A stretch of DNA of 64,000 bases from Tubulanus polymorphus (taxonomy: Eukaryota > Animalia > Nemertea): the NCBI RefSeq assembly GCF_964204645.1, contig NC_134028.1, positions 24,114,345 through 24,178,344 on the forward strand, read 5' to 3'. The position numbers and the translations under genes were made by a program. Positions 13,302 through 28,388 of this stretch are shown in pieces. The notes below the pieces were generated by a model that had not been told where the DNA came from, made no database searches, and saw only the letters and a list, made by a program, of their open reading frames with translations. Within the stretch, counting starts at the first letter, position 1. Each line of letters starts with the position of its first letter.

Positions 13302-14848
13302 AAAATGTTCACACAATGCAATTGTCAAACTTTGAATGTGGAAGAAGCTTTTTCAACAGAGAATTTTTAGAATTTCATAAAGCTAAAAGCCCATCTAATA
13401 CGATAAGAGGACATATGAAACGCCCCATAGGAACCGTACAGCTCGTTATAAAATGCCCCTCAGGAACCGTACAGCCTGTTATACGGCGTAAACAACTGTC
13501 AACTGAGGATAAGAATCCATTAAAAAGGTAACCGTGATTAGCGTGTAGTTTACCGAGGTGTCACCGCAATCATTCACAGACTTTCAGCCTTTTTTGCCGA
13601 GTTTCATCAGCTAATATTTTCTGGCAAACGAAACCGACACGCGACCAAACACGGCGCGATGTCACTCGGGTGGATTTACGCAAATAGAACTCAATCACGC
13701 ATTGTTTACAATGATGAACAGGATCATTGAAGATAAACAGTCCTGTCAGAAAGAAGCACACACCAGCCTCCATCAGTCTTGTCTTTCCGCTTCGCATTTC
13801 TCTGTTTAGTTATAAATAAGATCATTATCCTGAGCCCTAAAATGACGAATGATAAACTATAGCCGCGGTCACACAAGCATTTTTGGTCAACTGGTTCTGG
13901 AAGTGACTCACTTCGCTTTGTCACAGCATTGTTTAGTATTGAGATTTACATGTTTCAAAAAGTTGTCTTGACAAAATTTAGCTATTGGCCCTAGATACAA
14001 CATATCTAAAATGCAATGGGAGTTCAAGTTCAAGCCTGAGCCCGAGATCCTTTATCGCCTATGGCTTGTTTAGAAGTTTTTATATGTGATATCTTTTCTA
14101 AATCATCCCCAGATCGCCTTCAATTTCTTCTATTCTTTTCGATAAAAATGAGTTTAAAAGATACAGAATTATCTGAAAATTGTGTTAACAGACTCTGAAA
14201 TACTGGAGGTATACCAACTGAAAAAGATACATCAACCACAAGCGGAAGATGCCTGTCAGATCCGAGACCGAAGTTTAGAATGAAGGTACTCCGATCAATA
14301 ACAAACAATGTGTTACTGAGCTTATCAGTCACTTGGCTGATCCTAGCACAACCCCAATCACAGCAATAAGCTGACAACACGAGAAAATAATGACTAACAT
14401 TTATCACTGTCATTCATAATGAAGCCCGAAGCTTTAACCGCCAGTAACTTCACAGCGAACCGACGTAGAAAACGGAAATCAGCGAAATTTTCTGAAATTA
14501 CCGATAGCAGATACTGCGAACAGGTGAGATCGCAGTCGTCTGTCTATAAATCATTCAACGGAAGAAACAGACGTCACGAGGGATCGGTCGGAATTAATCT
14601 ACAATAGGAAACGGCTTTCGAAAAACTATTCCCGAGACAACGAGTTGTCAATATTCTACACGTATACAACAAGAGGACAGGTAGATAGATAAATCATTAA
14701 CGCCGAAGACATTGATACGAAACCTTGGGTCGTCAGTAGTTCCAAGACAATCGCTACAAGACCAAGAGTTCGTCAATAGCTATAATACGCATCACTCAAA
14801 AATTAACTAAGCCAATGGCACCAGATGCCGGTTGTTTTTACTCCTTGA

Positions 14849-15143
14849 CCCTTTCAGTACTGACTTATTTATTAATACCCGAAAGTGCTGGAGATAATTT
14901 GAAAAAATAGAAAAATAATTCCATCCCAGTGCGTTGAATAAAGGGCACACTGCTTTAGTGTGTCTACACCACGGTGCGGTGTATAACTAATTACTGTTAT
15001 TTAACTATGTTTGACAGGTGCTGCCATGTTTCAATAGAGATAAAAACTAATCACTAATAACATCAATACACCATGATGCGGTGTACTAGCAAAGTCCGTT
15101 GCTGATTTAAATGAAGCACTGTGGTGTAGACACACTGAAAGAG
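14849..15143. mobile_element. piggyBac-like MITE family E, uninterrupted inverted copy
   Basis: ttga|ccctttcag ... ctgaaagag|ttaa; collinear with the reverse complement of 58783-59209 minus its insert. Confidence 0.8.
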
Positions 15144-15949
15144 TTAAAGACTTCCCTTAAACCCTTTGAACCCTTAAGACCACAAACCCTTTGGCTCTTA
15201 ACCCTCTGGGCCCTTAACCCTTATTCTTTAAACCCAATCCTATAGACCCTAAACCCTAATTTCTGCAGTTGAAAAAAATCACCTTTGTGCTTCTTGATGT
15301 ATATTGGCGAACTCGTCTTGGAACTAATGATCATCAAATCTTGGTATGTCCATGTTTTTCAGCTCGATAAAATGTTGGTACAAAAACAACCAATCAGCTG
15401 GGACTTTGAAGCACAATTCAAAAGTTTCCAGACAGGAACTTGAAAGTGGTTTCTACTCGTTGAAACTGCAAGTGATTAACTATTTTTCACAGATAGGAAA
15501 TGGGTTTCCCTTCGAAAATATGACGCGAATTTTTGTTGTTGATTAATTTCTCTCCAAACGCTATCACAAACAGGAAAGGTGTCTCATCCCGAGTCGAGAG
15601 AGAGAGAGAGAGAGAGCTTGTTCGTAAATAGAATAATTTACGATAATGCGCGGCTTTGAAGCTTTGATGTTATTTATTCTCGGCTCGACGGACGCACTCC
15701 TCGCACACGGATAAAATTAATGAATTTATAGTCATCTCATATTCTACAATGACATAAATTCATTTCGGGAAAACATCTACAGAATCACTTATTACGAATT
15801 GTTTGAAACGACTACACAGTTACAGTTAGAATTCACCCTCGCACCAATGACAGTAAGCGACTCGCTCTTAATCGCCTTATACGGTCTTTATTCCAGAATT
15901 TACACGTTCTTTTCGTCGTAAGGAGCTTACGAAAGGGCAGTTAGATTAA

Positions 15950-16277
15950 AGCCAGAATCCCACGAGCCTTTTTTATCTGTCCCATAAAAAGGCCCGGGCC
16001 CAAGGTCGATTCTGGTGCCGAATGGTTAGGCACCTGTTTGACACAAGCTTAATTTGGCCCAACCAAAAAACGTCAGCACTGTTATGGCCCGTGCAAAATG
16101 TCATCGGGTATCAAATCATTCGAATGCTGGAAGTGACTCACCTCACTTGCTACAGCATCGTTTTGATAGCATTTTAGTAACAAGTTTTCGATTTCTTTAT
16201 GAACGCGCTCTCTTATTCCGGAGTCTGGTCCGGGTCAGTCCGACCCGAGCCAAAACATCTTCATATGACCTGGGCTT
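15950..16277. mobile_element. MITE family A, degenerate copy
   Basis: ggaagtgactcac, gcatcgttttgatagcattttagt and gaacgcgctct blocks. Confidence 0.7.
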
Positions 16278-19037
16278 TATCCACTTTGTATCTGCATCAG
16301 TCAAAGATGGAGACCCTACTACAGTACAACATGAGTTCATCTAAAATCTATTAATAGCTCATTCTTTCTACGCGGAATGCTAACATCGATTGAACGCGAT
16401 GTAATCATTAGGGCATCTATGAATGCCGCCAGCTTTTCTAGAAGGGTACTATTTTGTAGCACAAACAAAGACTATTTTCGACGGTAAATGAATACTAAAC
16501 CGGTTTCGCAGTTTTATCGAGCCTGCGCCTGTGAACAATCTGAAGGTGTGTCGTATTTGAAAGCGATATCGAGCACTAGTAGAAATTACAAAGAGCAAAC
16601 GTTTCTCTGTTGTAGGTAATCCTGCTTCTTCAGCTTCACACAGCAGGAAAAGTATTAATCTTTCGACGATAGAAATATCACTCGAAAAGGAAGTGCCGGA
16701 TTTATTTCGAAAAATGAGACAGCAAACGCAATTCACGAGACCGTCTTCGCGTATGTGATCATCAATCACTTGATAGTCCTCATAGAATTCATATTTCAAT
16801 TTGCTGCTGATCTTTCAAAGTACAAATGGTTACTTATTATCCAACAGTTTGTTGTCTTCATCAAGAATGGTGCTCATTACCATTGACTCTTCGTTTAAGA
16901 GTTCATGTCATATCACTAAGAACCTGACAAAATGTGTAGGAAACATATGATAAAATGCGCATTCGTCCATCGAAACATTCAAATCTTCAAGCTAAAATCG
17001 TGAGGGCGTTGTTATACTGAAATGTTACATTGATTCAATTTCATCATTCATTCAGTTTATATCAAGTTGATTTAAGAGTTAATCCTTTTTCTGAAACTCA
17101 GCCTGGAGCACGATGTGAATAATTCTTTCACAATTCTAGTGAAATTCAAATCAGCCGTGTTGGAAGGAATTTATGATTGCTAACGCGAATTGCCAATATT
17201 TTACAGGTTCTAAGATTAGTAACCTTGGCGAATTTACTTAAATTTTGTAAAAATATGGTATTCAAAGAAAAAACCATCATTCAATTAATTATTGCTGCCG
17301 GTTTCCTGTTACAGTCGCTGCACCAATGCCGCTGCAAATTGTCAGTAAGTTGTTGGTCAAACAGAAGCCGCTATCACAGGGAGGTGATTTTTGGCCCAGG
17401 CCAAATGGGCACAGACCCATTTGGTACCTGTGCGAACAGTTGGCTAGGGCCAAGAAACCTTCCATGACCCGAGTGTAATTACAGTCACGACCACAACTGA
17501 TGTTTAGAAATAGTATCATTAACCGTCATTGCGGAGACAGGAATTCATCTATACCGAACAAACTACGTGAACTGACCATCAACATCTCAACCAATATCAT
17601 TATCATCTCTCTTATATGCAGCCAGTACCGAGCACAAATTATCATCGCTGCCGGAATAAATGAACAGTCAAAACAGCACGAGGTAACAACATCGGTTTTA
17701 TTAACAAGACACGACAGCTATTAAACAAGGCATGAAACCAATAAACTCGACCATCATCCAGTGTTTCGTATTCAACGAGTGTGACAAAGTTCGTTTATGC
17801 CGTACTTAACTAGACGAACCAATCAGTAGGGAGACATAGAGCGCGACCATTAGTGACTGAAATGATGCGATGACGTAGAGTGGTTGTCGGGACATTTATC
17901 TGCAGACTTCACGAAAAAATATACCGGCTACCAATTCACAGTCATATGAATAAAGTGGACTGGATCATATTCCGAGCGGACCGGGGCTTAAGCCCCAAAT
18001 GGGATCGAAATGTTTTCTATGACTTTCCGGCAATATTTTCATGAATAGTAATTGTAGGTTTTTGGACAATAGCGCAGTTTATCACACCTCGGTGTAACCT
18101 AGCGCCATAATGAACAACGAGTCGTTATTTATCACAGATATACGATACACAGTTTTATGTATTGATAAGGTTGCAAAATACTTTTAACGAAGTACGCAGT
18201 CAATATAGGAATAGAAATTGCTATATGCAACCATCTAGAACATTTGTTGTTATCCACCAGCAAATGAAGACATTCATTCTATAAATAGCATCAATGTGCA
18301 GTTTGAATTGTTTGACACCCGAAAATCATTACTAAAACTCTTTTCATATATTGATAACTGACTATGTGTTAATTTAGTAGTTAAGAGTTACTGCGTGAGT
18401 CGATGTGCACTATGTCATCAATATCCGGGCTAGACTGGTCAATTCAGATCAATTCAATTCAATTGTCGATACATTCAAATTTACTTGAAGGCTTAGTATG
18501 ATATCATCCACATTATGATATTCATCGTCAACAATATTAAGCAATAGATCCGATATATTGTTTTTTCAAGATGTCAATTAACTTTCAAGTTAGTTTAATA
18601 CCAGTAATGCAATGTCTATTGTACTTTTCAGTAAAATGACAAACTAACAAGCAAAACATCTCTGTAAATACGAGATACAGTTCACAGCATCTGTCGTTGA
18701 TGTCTTATTACGAGATTTATTTGCGTTTTTATTACAGATGCTCGTATTTCATGCTTGTCATTTACACTGGACATCAAGCCGAGGTTATGAGTAACTGCTC
18801 TCAACCGATGATAAACACTGCACCATCATTATACGGCACTATCTATCTATAATGACCTCCGAACATAACCATTACCGACTTAACGAGAGCAGTCATTAAT
18901 TACTGATTAATTGATATAACGATGGATTAATTGATTGATATTTATCGATCAGTTTCATTCCGTCCCGTAAGTCTAGTATCATTACGCGACTGGATGAGGT
19001 AAACGTCAAGAGCTATTGAAACGTACGCGAAGAGATT

Positions 19038-19069
<32 letters not shown>

Positions 19070-20200
19070 TATCGCGCTCTTCTTAACCACCGCATTTGAT
19101 CCGTTATTACGTCGCTGGACAATATAATGACCGGACTAGCAACGAATATCGGCGAGCCGCGGGAAATCTGTATTATTTAATGTCACATCTACGGTGACAC
19201 AGTGTTCGCCCGGAGGTAATGACAAGTCAGCCACATGCAGACAAGATAATTTGGCTCGGCGGGCTACGGTAGCAATCACTACAGGCTGTGGGGAATCTAT
19301 TACAATTTGCGCGCAAAAATTGTCTACGTTGTCGACGTAAAGGCAAATTTCAGACTCTCGTTTCAATATCGCGTAGCGTGCTTTCTAATCGGTGATAGAC
19401 GTTCAGTTGAGGTAACGCAGCAGCGGTTTCCAGTTCGGAAAGGGATGACGTTAACTCAATAAATCACCACAATTTATCCAGTGCTGAAGCACGACGTCAA
19501 TGAATAATGAACGAGCTCAATATAGATTGATATCCATTGCTCACTTCACTCTCTCCAGCTCTTCCCTCTCTAACACCCTATTTCCCATCGTCTCTTCTGT
19601 CTCAATTCTCTCTCCCTTCCAAATTTCATTAGAAATTGACCTGAAGTCTAGACCATGGATCAGTTGTGGTCCCTCCTAAGGTTGGATCCGGCCTTTGGAA
19701 TGGGAATGGGGGGGGCACACATGGAATATTGGGTCACCACTTATAGGTGTTTGTGGCCTGTAATGACAGCTCGATTGAAAAAATTAAATTTTTGAAAAAT
19801 TAGATGCATTTATTAGGCGAATTCTGATTAAAGTTAGGAATGAAATATACTCGCAATTTCACCATATTTTAAACAAATCTTGGGTTGAAGATTCCAAGGT
19901 CATTTGGCTGAAACCCCCTGGATCCCTCCTTCTCTCCTTCCCTCTCCCCTCCTGCTTCCTCTGAATCATGTATCCCATCATCCAATCATTCCTTTCAGAT
20001 TCACGCATGTTTAACTGCGTCCTTGTCGCCATCGTAGCGCGGTACTTAGCAGCCAACCCAAAAATCGAATATTGCATGCAAAAACTATTAACCCCTGCCA
20101 AACACAATCAGCTACCACGTAAACATAAAGCCACTTTCATAGCTCTATTCTCGCCGAGTAGGCACGATAATTTTGCCAACAAAACGAGACACGTACGAAC

Positions 20201-20432
20201 GAGAGAGAGAGAGAGAGCGGGAGAGAGAAAGAGAGCGGGAGAGGGAGAGGGGGAGAAAAGGGGGGGAGAGAGGGAGAGAGGGAGAGAGGGGGAGAGAGGG
20301 AGGGAGAGAGGGAGGGAGAGAGGGAGGGGGAGGGGGAGAGGGAGAGGGAGGGAGAGAGGGAGGGAGAGAGGGAGGGAGGGAGAGGGAAAGGGAGAGGGAA
20401 AGGGAGAGGGAAAGGGAGAGGGAGGGAGAGAG
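20201..20432. repeat. Polypurine GA/GGGA low-complexity tract
   Basis: ~230 nt of almost pure G/A. Confidence 0.97.
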
Positions 20433-21676
20433 ATGCCGGTTAGGACAACATAATAGCAGCGACATAATTCAATAGCAATCATGTAGTACGACAGGAAAAA
20501 TACACTTTCTCACGAACCGCGTGAGTGATGAATATAGCTACTACTTCCTCATCGACGACACAAAAAAAACCCCTGACAAATACAAACAATCGATAATAAA
20601 TCTTTCAGTAGCGTATTCTACGAACAACGACGATGTCGTCTGCTGCACCAGTGGTTTGACGTCGGCGGAATTTTCCCGACGTCGATGAAAAAGGAACCCG
20701 AGTCACGTAATCATTTATTAATGGCTGAACGACAGCAGCAAAATAGCCTTACCTGAAACAACGCTAGATAAATAGCTATTTCCTTCAGGGGGTCCCGAAT
20801 TAATAGTCAATAATCCGATCAATTTCCATTTGAAACGCAATATCGGATACTGTTTCATGTAAGGCACGAATACAGCTATAAACAGTTTATGACCCCAAAC
20901 ATATTCTGTTCATGATACAAAATTCAGAACGGACCCGGGTTGTTCTTTTAGGTCCGTCCAAATTGGAATGGTTTAAAATGAAACTGTACAATTTGGAACA
21001 GTCGTTTAGCTAGTGTGAAACCATTGATCCATTCTATACCGGAATTGACCAAATTCAGACTGTTCGAAATAAAACAGTGCGAACGCGGCTAAATGGTATT
21101 TTCACATATTTTTTTTCTCATGAAAAAATAATAACGCGTTTGAATGAGTCGACTCCGCGAGAAGACGAAGTTGTTATCGTACGAGTTGTTGTAATTTACT
21201 TGACGAAAAACCTGATCTCATTACGACGACGACGACGAACGCATCATCCAAAAACTGTCACGTTATTCGTGTCGCCGAGTTATACAAATCGCGGTCGCGA
21301 GCTTTACGAGAGAAGAGAGCTCTTACTCCGACAGCTAATAGCTAGTGTCAGCCGGCGCCCCGCGCGATATGTAACCAGCTGCAAATGATCCCATTGAATA
21401 TCGGGGATCTTAAAAGACCCGCCGCCGACGTGGCACTTCAGAGAATCTATGAAAATTGAAGTCGAGCTAATGAGGCATCGTGGTTTTTTATCCGGGATAT
21501 ATCGAGTCATAATCCGTGTACGACGCACTAATAGGTCTATGATGATGATAAGGACGCTTTTTCGCGATATGATTTCATTTTCGAGGAATTTTTCGCAAAA
21601 GACAGACAGTTCCTCAGGTGCAACGAGGCTTTTTACGACGAATGTTGATCATGGTTACTGGGATGATGAGATATCA

Positions 21677-21950
21677 AGCCGCGATTAAGACGATTTGGCC
21701 TGGGCCAAATTAGAGAGCGCGTTCACACGCAAACCATTCACTCGATATTAAACAATGCTCAAACAAAGCAAAGTGGATCATTTCCGGTGCTAGTTGCAAT
21801 TCAAACTCAATCATTTGTCTGGTGTTAAAATTAGGCTCGGGCCTGGTCCGACTTTTTTTGTCGGGGCCAAATTTGGCCCGGGCCAAACAGGCTCAGGCCC
21901 ATTTGGCACCCGTGTGAACAGTTGCCAAATTTGCATGTGTGATCGCGGCT
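21677..21950. mobile_element. MITE family A copy (opposite orientation to 10659)
   Basis: High identity to the reverse complement of 10659-10969; TIR gtgtgatcgcggct followed by tta. Confidence 0.85.
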
Positions 21951-24308
21951 TTAGTGTCTGTTTCAATACAAGATGTCCATGTGTGCGATTTCTAGATGAC
22001 ATTAAAGACATCATAAAGCTTCGGGTATTAATAGACTGAACGACAGGAAGAAATGGAAAACGACTAGAGAGAGGAAGAAAAAGAAAGACAAGAAAGAGGA
22101 GAAAAGCCGAGAAGCCCCAGTAACAAATTACTTACATCAGCTTTTACTAATTACATCAAGACTGACGTTATATTTTGTAACGCCGTTCGAGAAAAGATGT
22201 CAAAATATAACACAGCATCAAACACGCAGGTCTTCGTCTTCAATGAGAAAAACCTGAAGAACTGTGGTTCACCTGACGCGAATTCTATTCGTTTGACGAC
22301 GCAGGTAACCTTGGTGTCTCGTAGCGCGATACAACAACTCTCAGGATCGGATTGAGAAGAAATTAATGATCGCATCAAGGCAACGAGACTGAAACACAGA
22401 GATTTCACGCGGGATATTTTTCTGATTTCTCGTGTCCTTGATTTCGCTTCGCGCTTTAATTTCATTATTTGCGACAACATCAATGTAATTATTTTCTTGT
22501 GGATGTTCTTGACATTTTTTCATCACCGCACTGAACCTGAATATAATTTGCTGACTCACAAGACACATGAGCTCATATCAAACATCCGCTGATTATCAAA
22601 TGTCCACTTCAATCTAAGATGACCTCTTTCCACCCAACTCTCAAAGGGTTTCAACTAAGAAGCCTAACTAGGAAGCACTGCCCCTTTTGCCACAGTTGTA
22701 CCCTGTCTTATTTGGCACAGGCCAAACACGCGTGTGATCAGGGCTATTATTTACACACGACTTTCAGGGACTTCAGAACATCGATGATGCAAATGATAAT
22801 GTAGATGAATGCAGCAATCAAGAGGCAGCAGAGACACAAACAATTAAGAACAATCAATCAACGATGCAGTAATTTACATGTTATTCATCATTATCATCAA
22901 TATCAATCAGAAATGATAACACCTCATCTAGGCAGACGCCAACAGGGAGCGGATTTTTCATCTAATTCGATCATCTAAAATATCTTGAATCCCGAGACTA
23001 CGCACGTTCCGCCGGTAAAGCCGGACGTAAACGCATTGTCAGCCGCGATAAACTTCAAAGCTACGAGGAACAAACTTATCGCCGGTGGCGGCTACAGGTA
23101 CATTAAACGTCGTCAGATGTTACAAACCAATCGCACGATCGCCACCGCTTCACGAGGTGACACGACGCCCGCCGCGCTAGGCAAACCAGATACATATCTG
23201 AATAGATCAAAATGACACGAGATCATATCAAGTCACTTCTTTAATCATACGCGGTTGCTGGTTATAAAAAACGAAATTAGGGCCTCACGGGCAGACGACT
23301 TCTGAGGCTGCTGATTATTAGATTAATGTCCAGGTAATAGAAAACCAACGAATCATCTCTTTGGTTTGATACGTATGCTCAGGTGTAGAGGTATCTGTAG
23401 GAGCCATTTTTGGGAACTGAATGACAAGTCATTCATTTTGTACAGTAAAATATATGAGCAGTGAAAGGCCATTAGAAAACATTGATTTATTTATTCATTT
23501 TCATAAAACTACATATAATATAAATAAAACTTAAAACATTTTTATATGCGCATTACAAGAGATGAAACAAAAAAGAAAAAATTGCCCTTGGGCAAAATGG
23601 TTTACCTTGAAAACTTCAACACTCTTATTACAAAAAAAGAAAAAATAATAAAATAATAGTCAATGATGGACAGCCCAAGAGAGAGGACTGCAAATTTGAA
23701 AAAAAACTGTTTTGACTGTTTTTCAGAAGTCACTGTTGATCAGTTCTTCGTGAGTAACTTTTTCAGCTGAATAAATACGGAGTCGATTGCACCACCTACT
23801 TCATTAAACCGAGACTTTTTAAAAGTCGACGCACGTCATCAGTTCTGATGCGAGGGGTAAAGTTTGGTTAATAGTTAATGTTACGAAGTCACGCGACGTT
23901 CTCGTCGTCAGGTGCAGTTTTATCATCGCTCGTCATAAACGTTACAACCGCGCGGTGAAGATCTCAACAACCCGAACGAAGACAATTACCCGAGTAATTA
24001 TTCAATACCGACGACCGACTTCTCTTAGAAGTCTATTAACGCGGTAGTTAATTTATCGCATTCGAAACGTTACCCGAGTCGTCGCCCCCCCCCGGCGCAA
24101 ACGAACCAAGCCTATATACGCTAAAAGAAATCGTAGTTCATTGATAAAGTATGCAGAAGTGTGGATCTCTGGAGACATTTTACGTCGTAAACTGAAGAAA
24201 TTAGAATTTCGCTTGTTGTTAAAACAGAGAATTGATGACTTGTTACTCAGACTCGACGTCCAATTCAAAGAGGGAATAAGCATTAACCTGTCAGGCTCGA
24301 ATTCATTA

Positions 24309-24588
24309 ACCGTGATCACGCGAACGTTTTTGGCCCCGGCTTACCTGTCAAATGGGCCCGTTACCATTTGGCCCTCAACAAAAACACCAACCCGGGCCCG
24401 AACCAGATTTTAGCACAGGTCAAATGAATTGCAAGTGTTAATTGCAACTGGTTCCAGAAATGACTCACTTCGCTTTGACCTAGCTATTGAGTGAGTGGCA
24501 GGTTCTAATTACGAACCGGCCAAATTCGACTCTGTTCTGATCGGTGCCAATTTGGCCCGGGCCAAATCAACTGCGAGTGATCACGGCT
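24309..24588. mobile_element. MITE family A copy
   Basis: TIRs ccgtgatcacgcg / cgagtgatcacggct with collinear interior. Confidence 0.8.
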
Positions 24589-25219
24589 ATTGCTTCTTCC
24601 GAGCGAAATTCTCCATAGATGACGCAAACCCCGGATTGCGTTCCATAATAGAAGGTTGATGTGAAAGTGGATGCGGGATACGGTTTGCGGCACGGAAAAT
24701 CATCTGAAACAGCTCGAATTCAATCGAGCCAGCAAAATGAAAAACACAACCAACACATACAAGTACCATAGCTGCGAGGTTTGAGTTGATAATTCCTTCT
24801 CAGATTGAATTCCACACGTGTCGCAAACAGCTAAAAACTGAATATCTCGCCAAAATGTGCAATCAGCTTCAGCAAATTGTTACGAAACCGCGACTACAGC
24901 GCACCTCTGAACCGACACTGCCGTAAGCCGTAAACAGAATGTTGTATTCTTATCACCTTTCGTTAATATGATACATGACCGCGCATAGATATTATTACTC
25001 GGTTTGACAGATACTGAATAATTAACAAGCGACGGCTCAGGATTCGAAGCACACATAGAAATCACCGTCATAAAATACGACTGGCGGTCGTTTCTTACAT
25101 ATCGAATTGCTCGGATTGCTCGTGCAAACTAATTGGGATTGTATAACTAGGTTTGAGGGAAGATTAATCCCGCACTGTCAAGTCATCCAACTGAAGTGCT
25201 TACCGGAACTGTCGAGATA

Positions 25220-25493
25220 CAGGGGTGGATCTAGGAAAATTGGAAGGCCGGGGTCCAGAAGAAAAGGGCATTTCTCAGATGAAGCGGCCATATTGAAGAT
25301 CTCTATTGGGGTTCTGCTTGATTCAGCCATCGGTTTTGGATATATTTGAAGAAATACATATCAGAAAGGTTGCAATTTCCGAGAGGATGTGTCAATTTAA
25401 CAGGTGTTAATGATCTCTGTCTTGTCGAAAAGGGCAACCTCAACTGGAAGACAGGGGCCCCGACCCCCCAGTCACCCCCTGAATCCACCCCTA
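25220..25493. mobile_element. hAT-like MITE (TIR CAGGGGTGGATC); related ends at ~19680-19925, 31110, 35920, 55460-55713
   Basis: caggggtggatctagg ... cctgaatccaccccta, flanked by agata on both sides. Confidence 0.65.
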
Positions 25494-28219
25494 AGATATA
25501 TAGGGGGAATTCAGATTCGAATGGGGAGATATTTGCTTCCTACAGGTTGGTATCGGTAGGTGCTTCAGATGTTTCTGGTACAAAGCAAAAGGTTTCGACT
25601 GATTGAAACACTGCCCTATCTTTGAGGGAAGTTGTTCAAACAGGATCATTTGCTTCTGAGGTTGAGATCAGATAACACGGAAACCTGGCAGATGAAATGG
25701 CCACCACGTAGATGAAACCAACTCTTTCTCAGCGTTCTCCGCATAGGGTTTTAAAGGGGTGGCCAAAACTTTCATTTTTACATCCATCCCTCTGAAAATC
25801 AGTGATCCCTGTTAAAAAGTCTGCTGCCCCTAAATGTATGACGTTGATGTCACTTGGTTTTTGCTTTGTAAAATAGTGAGCTTCGTGCTAGAATTGCAGA
25901 TTGCACAAAAATGATCTTTGTACGGTTTAAAGGATCAATTTTCAATATTTTTGGGGACACCAGTCGCTTTGCGCTAAACAAAGAATGAATGAATGTAGTG
26001 ATAACTCCCTTAAATTCCTAATTCCTTTGATTTTCGAAAAAATCCAACGCGTTCATGTACAAGAATGCCAAGAAAAAAGATGGCGGATTTCGCCGGTGGC
26101 TAAATGCAATACCGCAGGGCCGGGTCGTATAGAAAAACCATTGGCGATCAATCCAAATTTAGAAAATATTGGCAAAAACTATAGGAAAGGGTACTCGACG
26201 GAAATATCTCAGCGTATGGAGAGAACACTTGTTTCTCAAAACGGAACGCACACACGCACCTTGGAGTACTCCAAGCATGCACACATACCCGCGTATCTAA
26301 ACACACTAAATCCCGCGCAGGTGATTTCTATGCATTATTTATCAACTCATATCCAATTGTCATCGCTCCGCGTTCTCGAGAGAGATCGAGACTCATATTG
26401 AAATTCTCGCCGGTGAACAATTCCGACAATTCATTTCCTGAAACGGCTCGGTAAACGCTGCAGCAGCCGCGGTAATACCTGCCTCAAGACGGTCGATTCA
26501 ATAAGAATTTTATTAGATTATTAACACCGCGCACAAATAGACCGATACTTCTGTGCGTAATATTTATCAAACTAGTCAAAAGATTGTACGTATGTACGTT
26601 TAAAGGAATGAGGAAAACGAAGAGGGCCGAGACGACGAGGAGCAGGTTTCATCGCGTAATGAACTTCTCAAAGTGATTCCTCGTCAGGTATCAGCGAAAT
26701 ACTTGAACGCAGTCGACAGGAATTTAATCTGAGAAATGAATTTCCGATCGGAGAATGATTCAACGAATTGGTTCGCAATTCGCGACAAGCATCATCATCA
26801 TCATCATCATCATCATCGTTAACATCATCTTCATCGTCATCGTCATCACCTGCCTTTGATAACGAATGCGAACTTAATAAACTGCACATATATAACCTCG
26901 ATATTACGTTTCGCAGATGGAAATCTGTCACTTAATCATGTTCACATCTCTGTTTCCTTTTAGTCCGGTAATACGTGCAATTACCGCGTGTAAATTAATC
27001 TACAACTTCAACCTACGTTCGGCAAATAATAATTGCTCCGTAATGTAAGAGTTTAAAATGCGAATTTGAATTCAATTCCCGGCTATTCGAGCGTATCTGT
27101 AGTAATTCTAGAAACGCATCTAATGGATAACCGAGGCCCTACGGATCAGTCACCGTTCCCGGTTATAAGGAGTTTTCAAGGAGTTTTTAAAAGGAGAAAA
27201 TTTCAAATTTCGAGGAAGCGTCTGCATCACTTTTCATATCCCAATCACTGACTCCTAAATAGGTAATGTTTATCTCGGGTAAACCATTGATTCAGTGATT
27301 ATGTAAGCAAATTTTCATCTCATACACCACTAAACTCTGTTTCTAATTCGGCAATTTCCTAATTACGTAAAGGAAATCCAGATCCCAACTTTATTGATCG
27401 AGGGGTAGTCTACAGAACAGTTACAAACAAGACAAATTTCCATTCTCAACAAAAAAGAATTTTGAAGGAGTTTGGGGTATTTTATTCAATTTAAAGGCGT
27501 TTAACGCTTCATTACAAGAATTTTTTTCAGTTTTGAAGGAGTTTTTAAGTAATGAAGGACCTGAATTAACTACGCAATCATCGTTTATATCCAACGACGT
27601 TTTGTTCATTTTCTCACCGCCTGCCGCGAACGCGTCAGATTCAGTAGAAACCGCAGACGTGAATTTATCAAAACCGCTGCGAACGAAGCCGTCAAAAACA
27701 CCGAACTCAAGCCGTTCGACTAATTTCATTTCAGACACGACTTCTCCGCCTCGAACAACCAAACGTATATTTTCAGAGAATTACTCGTCGTACAGCCGCG
27801 AGTGACAAGTAACACATCAGTCCCCGAGGTCTGATCAACAGTACCATTTGATGGTGTCATCCACCTTGAAGGCAATTCCTAAAATCAACTACAGTCAATA
27901 TTGTCTCCTAAACGGGATCAGGTTCGCGGTTGGCGCCTCCATTCATAAATATTCATATTTTCTGATGAGAACAAAAACCGACTGTTCTAATTTCACGGCC
28001 ACGAGTTTCTTTTTCACCGGGGAATTTCAGGTAATATCGAAACAAAATTGGATTCTACTATTCGTGAACCCGGTGGCTCGGTACCTTCATAACTGGCAAT
28101 TTTCTGGTCGCTGGCGGTCGATAGATGTGCTCAGCAAGGTGGCGCCACTTTCCACCCATTTACACTGATCCCTGGGTTGTCCATTACATTCTCTGAATGA
28201 ATCAGAGAAATTTCCCGGG

Positions 28220-28388
28220 TTTAAAATGTTAGAATTCAGAATTGTCCAGGTTTTTGATGAAATTTGTGAAATTCCCTGAATTTTTACTAGGCTTTTCTAG
28301 ATTTTTAAATGTTAGAATTCAGAATTTTCCCAGTTTTTGATGAAATTTGTCAAATTCCCTGAATTTTTTACTAGGCTTTTCTAGATTT
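28220..28388. repeat. ~84-bp tandem duplication inside a degenerate ...GGCCACCCTG-terminated element
   Basis: aaatgttagaattcagaatt...actaggcttttctagattt occurs twice. Confidence 0.85.

Noticed and set aside
15151-15260. Interstitial telomere-like repeats
   Set aside because: Only degenerate aaccct/ccctt motifs; no run of exact TTAGGG units.
16595-16635. Minus-strand CTGAAGAAG...GAAACGTT hammerhead-like motif
   Set aside because: Stem II does not abut GAAA, and no helix I can be formed.
19968-20482. Four overlapping ORFs (RE/GE/SL/PS-rich)
   Set aside because: Translations of a GA-rich low-complexity tract.
26668-26931. Poly-Asp ORF on the minus strand
   Set aside because: Driven by a (CAT)n microsatellite; weak splice context and no recognisable domain. 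Cannot be fully excluded as an exon.
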